Source: Trichomonas gallinae (Eukaryota). Taken from it: DNA of 59,484 bases. A program made the position numbers and the translations under genes. Each line of letters starts with the position of its first letter. Position 1 is the stretch's first letter. The notes beneath the pieces are model-generated. The model was not told the DNA's origin. It ran no database searches and saw only the letters and a program-made list of their open reading frames with translations. The stretch is from the NCBI GenBank assembly GCA_008369845.1, contig MRSU01004812.1, positions 1-59,484 of the forward strand. The letters run 5' to 3'. Of this stretch, positions 51,653 to 59,484 are shown piece after piece.

Positions 51653-53326
51653 TCAATCATTGATGCATTGCCTTTTGGCTGCGAAATCCTGTAGAAGCTG
51701 TGCAGTTTTCTCCATTCCACTCTGCTCTGCGTATGAGAAAGGACTCATTCCGCGGGCATCTTTGCACTCAACATCGATGTCTTTTGATGTAAGAAGGACT
51801 TTAACTGTCTCGTATTCTCCCTCTTGTGCGGCATAATGAAGAGGAGTCATAGAGTTTTCATCTTTGCAATTGATGTCTAAGTCCTCCCTCTGCATCAGTG
51901 CCTTCACGGTCGCGTCGTTTCCATCTTGTGCTGCAACGCACAAAGCTGTCATTCCCCACGAGTTAGTCATGTTGATGTCAACACTCGGGTTCTTCAAAAC
52001 TTCTGCTGTCATCGTCGGGTCATCGAATAGAGCTGCAAAGTGGAGAGGCGTCATGCCTGTCGCATCCTTCGAGTTCACTTCGACGCCAACTGTCCTGAGA
52101 ATCAAGCGAACAGCGTCTATCTTCCTGTTTTTCACAGCGAAGTGAAGAGGTGTTGATTTGTCTTCAGTTTTTATGTTGATATCGACGCCTTTTTTGTAGC
52201 AGAACAGAATCTGTGCGATGTTATTTGATGCTGCTGACTCGTGCAAAACGCTTCCAAAGCGTTTGTGTACTTCTGAGAGATTATGGAAATAATTCGTATG
52301 TAACCATTCAAAAAGATCTGGTCTGAAGAATCGTGTTGCTATGTGTAGACAACCTTCGAATGAGCACGAATTTTGCGCCGCCAGACGAGTAATTTCGATA
52401 TTACCTCCAGCAATAACAAAATGGCCCAAAGTGAACTTCTGGTTATCTGTCACTGTGAGGTCTGCACCATTCAGTAGGAGAAATTTGAAACATTTGAGAG
52501 ATCCGTGAAATGCAGCGTATTGAATATATGTTGGCTCTTCTTGCATGAATTGGCATGGTTCAAACACTGACGCTCGTATTTTACTATTAAAATCTGAGTT
52601 TGCATTGAGGACAAAATCTTGAAAATTGTCAAGGTCGTCTGTTTTAAGTGCAACAGAGATAGAAGCTCTATATCCTCCATGTTCGATGCAATCTCTTTGT
52701 AATGCCCAGTTGTCAGCTCGTAAATTGTTGATATTTTCATAAAAATATTTCAAAACTAGCTTGCAAGACGGAGCTGCGTATTCTTCCTTAAACAATTCGT
52801 CTAAGCTTTCGTAAAAATCAGGGTCTGATGCTTGTAATTCGGGTGCAAAAATGCAAAATAGTAAACAGTGGTAATACTTGAGATCATCATGGTGTTCGCA
52901 AAATGATCTGATATTTGCAACAAGCTCGTCGTTAGTTATGCCGATCATTTGACAAATATAACGAAGAAAAATAAAATCTCCTACATTTGCAAGAAACTGT
53001 TCGATAAACGGTTTTGGTGTGAGTAATGCTTTGATGAGTAGTGGTTTTAATGATTTTAATGCGTTCTGTGGAGACTTTGCTTGATATAATAGTCCTATCA
53101 ACTCGCTGTAAGTTGGAATCAGATGAGGTCGAACCTCACACGCCTGTATTATATTGCGAACAAACAATTGGACTTTGTCTATCGATAATGGAATCACAGT
53201 TTGTAGAATTAACGAACTAACGTTCCGTAGATTGTTTTTAGATAGACTCATCAGCCACTCTTGGAGCCTCGATACCATGTTTGCTTCCTCTAAAGCATCA
53301 GGCTCAAAGAGGATCGATTTAGACAT
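51653..53326 (-). CDS. Ankyrin-repeat protein with DUF3447-like central domain
   Basis: PTYIQYAAFHGSLKCFKFLLLNGA...VIAGGNIEI, followed by about six TPLH repeats. Confidence 0.9.
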   Translation of the reverse strand: MSKSILFEPDALEEANMVSRLQEWLMSLSKNNLRNVSSLILQTVIPLSIDKVQLFVRNIIQACEVRPHLIPTYSELIGLLYQAKSPQNALKSLKPLLIKALLTPKPFIEQFLANVGDFIFLRYICQMIGITNDELVANIRSFCEHHDDLKYYHCLLFCIFAPELQASDPDFYESLDELFKEEYAAPSCKLVLKYFYENINNLRADNWALQRDCIEHGGYRASISVALKTDDLDNFQDFVLNANSDFNSKIRASVFEPCQFMQEEPTYIQYAAFHGSLKCFKFLLLNGADLTVTDNQKFTLGHFVIAGGNIEITRLAAQNSCSFEGCLHIATRFFRPDLFEWLHTNYFHNLSEVHKRFGSVLHESAASNNIAQILFCYKKGVDINIKTEDKSTPLHFAVKNRKIDAVRLILRTVGVEVNSKDATGMTPLHFAALFDDPTMTAEVLKNPSVDINMTNSWGMTALCVAAQDGNDATVKALMQREDLDINCKDENSMTPLHYAAQEGEYETVKVLLTSKDIDVECKDARGMSPFSYAEQSGMEKTAQLLQDFAAKRQCIND

Positions 53327-53519
53327 CAAAGCTATTTTTTTATTTGAATTTTTAACTTAAAAATGGTGCATAAGTCATGATATAAATATATACCAAATTT
53401 GTGATTTTTGTTCGTCATGTAAAAATTTTTTGAAATGAATTTTTAATTGTTGATTTGTGACCTATAATTATAGTAGATTACAATTTTAATGATTTTTCTT
53501 GAAATTATTTAAATATCCA

Positions 53520-53990
53520 ATATTTTGATTGCAAAATGGCTATCAAACAAATGCATACACTTTTTGCAATATAACATGATATAATTTGGTTTTGAGAAAA
53601 TAATTGTTTGTCTAATATGAAGGATTATAACCTTTGTGTATTCAAATTTATTATCACATACTTATGGGTAGTACATATATTTACGACAATCCTCATTTTA
53701 TTGCAAATTTTAAAGCAAAGTTTAATATTAAATTATTTTTGGGTTTGCTGTATGACAAAATACTACCTACATTATAACAGTATAAATTTTCGAAAGAAAA
53801 TGCTTAAATACTAGATTTCAATCTGAATTGAATTATATAATCTGCTGATTCAAACTATTTCTTTTAGTTCATTCGTAAACAGTGGAGATAGATATGGTTA
53901 GTCATACACATATACAGGTTATGAAACAAAAGCTCAACATAGAAAATTTATCGAGAGTTTTTAAAAATTGGTGGTAAATTTAAATACGAT
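53520..53990 (+). pseudogene. Decayed ankyrin-like relic (boundaries approximate)
   Basis: Fragments LQNGYQTNA, LHYNSIN..KMLKY*ISI*IE and GDRYG*S. Confidence 0.3.
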
Positions 53991-54144
53991 AGAAGTCATT
54001 TTTTTTTCATTGGATCATTACCCAGATTTTCGCCCAACCAAACCAACAAATATAATAAGTCAATAGAGTTAATTCATTTACATCTACTGATTTCATGCTC
54101 CTTTAAGATAATTTTCATGCCGATTTACGTTAAAAATATAGTAA

Positions 54145-55101
54145 ATGATTAATTTTACTCTTTTATATCCTTCTTTAGGTTCGTCTAACATAATAAAACA
54201 AAATGAAATTACATATGAGCTGAGATATCCATGCTCTTCGAATAATAAATGTTCACCATATATTGCTGAGCTTCTTCCTGGGAATTACTCATTTGAGGTC
54301 TATGGAGCCAAGGGAGGAGGCAATGAGGATACAACTGATATAGGAAATGGTGGATATAGTCGTATTAACTATTATTTAAAGAGACAAAATCCTGCTTATA
54401 TTTATTTAGGTGGAATGGGAATGCAAGCATCATCAACATATATTGGAGAAACAGGTGGATATAATGGCGGTGGAAAAGGTGGCTATGATAGCGGTGATAT
54501 GTATTACAATTCTGGTGGCGGTGGAGGTGCGTCTGATATAAGAATTGGTCGTGATGACTATGATAGTCGTATTGTTGTTGCTGGAGGAGGTGGTGGAGGA
54601 AATAAATGTGTTGATGGAAAGGGTGGGTCTGGTGGTGGAATAAATGGTGGAAATGCACCGGGAAAATCAGGTTCTAACTACCAAATGGGTGGTGGAGCTT
54701 CACAACAAAGTGGTGGATCATCAAAAAATCAAAATGGAGCTACTTCGGGCTCAAAGTTTCAAGGAGGTAATGGAAGTTCTGGATTAAACACACCTGCAGG
54801 CGGCGGTGGTGGTGGAGGCTATTTTGGTGGTGGAGGTGGATGGAATGGGTTGACAAGAGGATGCGCTTCTACTGGTGGAGGTGGTGGGAGTGGATATATC
54901 GGACCAGATCCGACTGGCTTGGGTTTTACTAAAGGGATTACGGCAATATCAAATGCTAATAACGGACAAGGGTATGCAATTATTACGGTTATTAAAATAG
55001 CATTGTCTCATGTATACGTAAAGCAGATTTCGTGTAATCAATTTCTCGATTTACGAGTTTTAGCACTTTGTTATCAAGTGCTACTTACTTATGACAAGTA
55101 A
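54145..55101 (+). CDS. Glycine-rich protein of the trichomonad family often annotated loricrin- or PE-PGRS-like
   Basis: LRYPC..CSPY..L.PG.Y.FEVYGAKGG, GGGGGASDIR, RIVVAGGGGG, GGGGSGYI and GQGYAIIT. Confidence 0.85.
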   Translation: MINFTLLYPSLGSSNIIKQNEITYELRYPCSSNNKCSPYIAELLPGNYSFEVYGAKGGGNEDTTDIGNGGYSRINYYLKRQNPAYIYLGGMGMQASSTYIGETGGYNGGGKGGYDSGDMYYNSGGGGGASDIRIGRDDYDSRIVVAGGGGGGNKCVDGKGGSGGGINGGNAPGKSGSNYQMGGGASQQSGGSSKNQNGATSGSKFQGGNGSSGLNTPAGGGGGGGYFGGGGGWNGLTRGCASTGGGGGSGYIGPDPTGLGFTKGITAISNANNGQGYAIITVIKIALSHVYVKQISCNQFLDLRVLALCYQVLLTYDK

Positions 55102-55332
55102 TTGTTTTTGACATGTAAAATGACAAAATTGCATATTTTTCATTTAGTTTGATCTCTCCAATAAGAAAACTTATATACAATATGAAGATTCAACACATTC
55201 CAAATAGACAGCATAATATGATATGTTTTAAGTATTCTTTGTCAATATTTGATATTCAATAATATTATACTGATTTAAAGATAGAAAACATGATATTTAG
55301 TGCATACATGACAAATATAAACAAAATAATAG

Positions 55333-56376
55333 TTAAAAACATTTTGAAAGTGCATTTTTCAATTCTGATTTTGATAATTTGGGATTGTTAAGAGATCGTA
55401 TGACATTCGCAACTATTTCACAACGATTTCTTTCTACAGCATTAAGCTTCTCAGCTAAAAGAACATTTTCGGATTCAAGATTTTGGATTCTGTTTCCGCA
55501 TAATTTAGTAAAATAAGAGACGATAGCATCACCAGATTGAGCTAAAGTAAGCAGAGAAATTGCATTTGTGAAAGATTGAATCTGGAAACTTTGCATCAAC
55601 TCGAGAAACTCATCTTTTGAAAACTCACACCTATCAGCCGATGATGTTTGAACTCGAGCGTTCGAGTGTTGAACATTGACACTCTTGTGATTTTTCTTTT
55701 TTGAAGAAAATACTTTTGTCTGTGTTATTGCATCAGCACAATTCCAGGACTGTGATTTCATATCTGTTGTGCAAAACGCGATTGAGTTCTCTATGTTTGT
55801 TTCAGTATTCATATCTTTATCAACTAAAATCTTGAGATTTTGTAAATTTTGCTGGTTATGCATTATTTGACTGCCATGTATTGTAGTACTTTGCTTTAAA
55901 TCAGTAAAATTAGTTTGTTTTTGTTCATCAGTAAATAAATTTAGAAAATTCGATTCGGAAATTTGTAATATGGTTGATTGATCGTAAATGGATGCTTGAG
56001 AAGACTTGTGACGTAGATTTGAGATATTATTATAATTTCGATTAAAAATAAGAAAGTTTTGAAGCTGGTTATAGATAGTATGCTCACCACTTCCTATGTC
56101 TTGCGTATTTTTCAGTGGAAAATTGAAAAATTGATCAATTTCAATTTGCAAAGATTTCTTCTCAGCTGGAGAATTTGCTACTCTTTTCATAAGCAAGTTA
56201 AAGAAGAAATCTCGTTCCTCTTTGAGCTGTTTATTTTCCTGTATTAGTGTTAATTTCTCTTCCATTAATCGATTTATCTCCCTATTCAGCTCAATATTGG
56301 CAAAGGGAGCCAAAAAGCTGGATGTTGTGTGTCGAATTTCGGATGGTTTCGTTAAGTCATCGACATCACGTTCCAT
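55333..56376 (-). CDS. Hypothetical protein with coiled-coil segments
   Basis: Long ORF; likely start MERDV at 56376, with an upstream ATG at 56451. Confidence 0.7.
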   Translation of the reverse strand: MERDVDDLTKPSEIRHTTSSFLAPFANIELNREINRLMEEKLTLIQENKQLKEERDFFFNLLMKRVANSPAEKKSLQIEIDQFFNFPLKNTQDIGSGEHTIYNQLQNFLIFNRNYNNISNLRHKSSQASIYDQSTILQISESNFLNLFTDEQKQTNFTDLKQSTTIHGSQIMHNQQNLQNLKILVDKDMNTETNIENSIAFCTTDMKSQSWNCADAITQTKVFSSKKKNHKSVNVQHSNARVQTSSADRCEFSKDEFLELMQSFQIQSFTNAISLLTLAQSGDAIVSYFTKLCGNRIQNLESENVLLAEKLNAVERNRCEIVANVIRSLNNPKLSKSELKNALSKCF

Positions 56377-56774
56377 GGATAAAAAAATTGTTTGGAAAAA
56401 GTGTCCGTTTAAAAATTTAATTTTAAGTCGAAATCTCCTTATAAATGACATATATGGCTCATGTGATAAATATATTTTAAATTTAAAATCGTTTATATCA
56501 TGATTATATGATATTGCCGATATATTTCAGTTAAATAAAAGCGTTTTGAGTGATATTAATAGCATAAATTTAATAAACACAATCTTAAAAATATATTTCA
56601 TCATTAGAAAATCAATATATTTCATTAATATTTTCATCAAAATATTAATATCAATATTTTGTCCAATTTAAGATTTAACTCAATCTATTAAAGAAGAGAT
56701 ATTTATTTTCAAATATGCGAAATTTAGTATTAATAGGATTTTTTGAAAATGATAATATATTATTGATTTTATAA

Positions 56775-57329
56775 TTAATTTTCATAACCATTAACAACAG
56801 TTGTGACAACACCAGTATCTGGATGGATGAGAAGACCATGAATTGGAATATCTTTTGGTATTAACGGATTTTGGCGAAGTGTAGCAACAGATTTCTTTAC
56901 ATTATCGACTGGATCTTTGAAATCATCAATCCATTTTGAAAGAGATGGCTTCAATCTGTCGATATCTGCTTGTTTAATGCCACGCTTTAACATTTCTTCT
57001 GCGAGAGCATCTGTTGTTGCATGTGTCATTCCACAGCATTCATGGCCCATTAAAATAATCTCTTTGGAACCCAACTCATAAATCGAGACAAGGAGACTTA
57101 CAATGATATCGCTGAGATCGGAAGACCAAACACCATTACCAGCTGCTTTAATTACATTAGCATCTCCACGCTTTATTCCAAGGCATTGTTCAGCAAATTC
57201 CACCAAACGCGCATCCATGCACGTTACAAGAGCGAAGTAGCGAGTTGGACCCTTATAAAGCTTAGGAAGGTTCTGATTGGCCTCGAGGAAAGCTTTATTG
57301 GCTGCTAGAAGCTCATTAAGAAGACTCAT
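56775..57329 (-). CDS. Beta-class carbonic anhydrase (TvaCA-like)
   Basis: Zn-ligand motifs TCMDAR (C-x-D-x-R) and GHECCG (H-x-x-C); HGLLIHPDTG; Inr TCATTTCA upstream. Confidence 0.95.
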   Translation of the reverse strand: MSLLNELLAANKAFLEANQNLPKLYKGPTRYFALVTCMDARLVEFAEQCLGIKRGDANVIKAAGNGVWSSDLSDIIVSLLVSIYELGSKEIILMGHECCGMTHATTDALAEEMLKRGIKQADIDRLKPSLSKWIDDFKDPVDNVKKSVATLRQNPLIPKDIPIHGLLIHPDTGVVTTVVNGYEN

Positions 57330-57599
57330 CGTTTTGTGAAATGAAATTTACAACTATTGAATCCCAATTTTGGAATATTTATCATTGTTTCATTGTATTC
57401 AGCAGTTTTATCAATTCTTGTTTTAGAATTCAATTTTTTTACCCATTGAAAATTTTCTGAGAGAAAATGATAGTTTTTATCCAATTTAAATTTTAATGTT
57501 AATTTAATATCGGCATAGTGTGTAGCACCCAGAAATATATTTTTTGGAATCTGATTTCGAGTTTAACAGATTCTTAACTAAAATCATTTTTTTAGCTAC

Positions 57600-57960
57600 T
57601 TGGTGTTGAAAAATAGACATATCTATGTATGAATGTGGGAATTAAGGTATGGCTCAACCGTTTGTCGGGCCTAAAAAACAGGGTCTATCAGCCCTTATGT
57701 TTGCTTTTGTACGTCATACAAAGTGCAGATATGATGTACACTTCATTATCTATATGCCCAGATACATAGCAATAATTTCAGATTATAAATGTGCTGAAAT
57801 TCTCAAACACCTTATCACAGTTCCTGAAATAAATATCAACATATAGTCTAGATTAAACTTTCATTCATTGATTTTACGTAGAAATAAACATAAGTCATTA
57901 TTATGAATTAATTATATATTATTAAATAGGATTTTTTATTAAATTTGCAGGATAAATCGT
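57600..57960 (+). pseudogene. Decayed ankyrin relic (boundaries approximate)
   Basis: KQGLSALMFA and AEILKHLITVPEININI* are ankyrin-repeat fragments. Confidence 0.45.
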
Positions 57961-58216
57961 TCTTCAAAAGTCGACTCTCATAGATTAATTCAATGAGTTC
58001 CATAGAAAAAATAAAGGAAAATTTAGACTGAAATGAAATTCGAATTCGGACAAAAAAAGTATATATCTTGGTAAATCATGTGCTATTATTATTTTGGAGT
58101 TAAATAGATGGTTTATCCTTTGATTGCACCCATTGGAACGAGCTGTGACATTACTTTAGTGAGTCTTTAATCAACCAGTGATCTACTCGATAAATTTGTC
58201 ACTTTTATATTTTTTT

Positions 58217-58978
58217 ATGCAAAGTTTTTGGGAAAAAACAAAACAATCAGTTGCACTAGGAATTAACGCTTATCATGAAGCCACAGGAAATTCGCAGCTC
58301 CAAGAGACGCAAGCTTACACCGATTTATACAACCAAATCAAAGACGCTGGCGATAAATTAAATGAAATTCAGAAATTAGTTCGCGAATATTCTAAACAAG
58401 TTGAAAAACTCACATCAGTACAACACTCATTGTCTGCTCAAATCTTTTCGCTTTTCAAGCCAAATGAAAATAATTATGAAACAGCAGAAGCTGCAAGCCT
58501 CGCTCAAGAGTCAATGCATACAATAGGCCGCAACCTATCAACACACTACATTGAAACTTACTTAGAAATGCCTGTTAAACAACTTATCGACGAATTGCAT
58601 AAAGTTAACGTAGCAATCTCTGAGAGAAAGAAGGACCACGTTTTACTCGTCAGCGCAGAGAAAGATCTCGAAAAAGCTAAAGAAAAAGGAAAAATTAAGG
58701 AATGCGGCGAATATCAAGAAATTGTAATAACACGTCGTGCCAAATTCACAAAGAGCGATAATGATTTCAAAGTAGTAGCAGATGAATTCCTTACAAAAGC
58801 TCCAGAAAAATATTCTCAGATATTCGAAACATATCAGTCTTTCGTTGCAGAATTCTTCGATGAAGGACGGAAACAGTCGATTGACATGTTACCTTCATTC
58901 CCATATGCCGCGGTCAAAAGCAAACATCCATCAATCACGATCGCACCAGCCGAGACTCCAAAAGCAGAGCAATTGTAA
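58217..58978 (+). CDS. BAR-domain-like protein
   Basis: MQSFWEKTKQ amphipathic N-terminus, three-helix coiled coil and AISERKK motif; Inr TCACTTTT at 58199. Confidence 0.7.
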   Translation: MQSFWEKTKQSVALGINAYHEATGNSQLQETQAYTDLYNQIKDAGDKLNEIQKLVREYSKQVEKLTSVQHSLSAQIFSLFKPNENNYETAEAASLAQESMHTIGRNLSTHYIETYLEMPVKQLIDELHKVNVAISERKKDHVLLVSAEKDLEKAKEKGKIKECGEYQEIVITRRAKFTKSDNDFKVVADEFLTKAPEKYSQIFETYQSFVAEFFDEGRKQSIDMLPSFPYAAVKSKHPSITIAPAETPKAEQL

Positions 58979-59453
58979 AAACTCATATATACTACCTTTT
59001 AATTCCCATGATTTTTATATTTTTCAAAAAATATAAAATATCATTTTCGAAATAACTGATTTAGAAACTTAATACAACTAAAAAGCAAAATATAAATGAA
59101 TAGTTAATAATAAATTTATTCTAAAACAGATATAATTCATTCATAATTCTCATATTTAAAAATGAATGAAATTTTTAAAAAATGAATGTTTATTTCTAAA
59201 GTGACAATGAATGACTGTCCATATGCATGTCAGCCAGAAAAAATTCAACTAGCTATAAGGAACTAGAAAAAAAAAAAATTACGGTGTCTCATAAAGTAAG
59301 ACAGAGGATTGCTTGCTAGGACATGAATCTGTGTGTTGCACATTACAAGTTATGCAATATAGTACACGTGTGCAATATTCTTTAACAAACAATGAACTGA
59401 CAAAAATTTTCACTCTCTTTTCAAACAAGAAGTCAAAAATTATATATTGACTC

Positions 59454-59454
<1 letters not shown>

Positions 59455-59484
<30 letters not shown>
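59455..59484. repeat. A30 homopolymer at window end
   Basis: Seen directly; possibly a contig edge. Confidence 0.9.

Noticed and set aside
166..59036. The many 60-135 aa ORFs antisense to or nested in long CDSs
   Set aside because: Shadow ORFs, mostly with non-ATG starts and no recognisable motifs.
59295..59345. U6-like ACAGAG box, or intron-end-like CAACACACAG on the minus strand
   Set aside because: Flanking U6 motifs are absent, the branch consensus ACTAAC is not matched, and there is no host ORF.
1..59484. Poly-T start and poly-A end read as terminal inverted repeats of a linear element (virus, Maverick or nanochromosome)
   Set aside because: Sequences inside the homopolymers are unrelated, and the genes are ordinary housekeeping with no integrase, polB or capsid. 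Assembly breaks at homopolymers are more likely.

Overview
Very AT-rich, gene-dense, apparently intronless eukaryotic DNA in the standard code. It is almost certainly from a trichomonad (Trichomonas vaginalis or a close relative). The evidence is TCA(C/T)T initiator (Inr) motifs just upstream of many ATGs, stop codons often embedded in TAAA poly(A) signals, and typical expanded families: BspA-like LRR, ankyrin/DUF3447, CAMK kinases, R2R3 Myb and Gly-rich proteins, plus a beta-carbonic anhydrase. There are about 25 intact CDSs, including SWI3-like SWIRM/SANT, Dsc3-like, F-box/propeller, WDR7-like, Vps18-like, a stand-alone Rev1-type BRCT, a PIG-V-like GT-C glycosyltransferase, RPC5 and a BAR protein. 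There is also one disrupted BspA gene and several decayed ankyrin relics. The most interesting signals are non-coding: (1) a composite motif TTTAC-N-TG(A/T)CA, over 20 intergenic copies clustered at promoters; (2) a 73-nt palindromic module built from that motif and present twice; (3) a GC-rich perfect hairpin with a tandem, arm-deleted second copy at about 36.95-37.12 kb, just downstream of that motif; (4) a second long hairpin abutting the 5' poly-T; (5) a recurring CRCCCGTRA motif. All protein calls come from motif recognition by eye; no searches were run.
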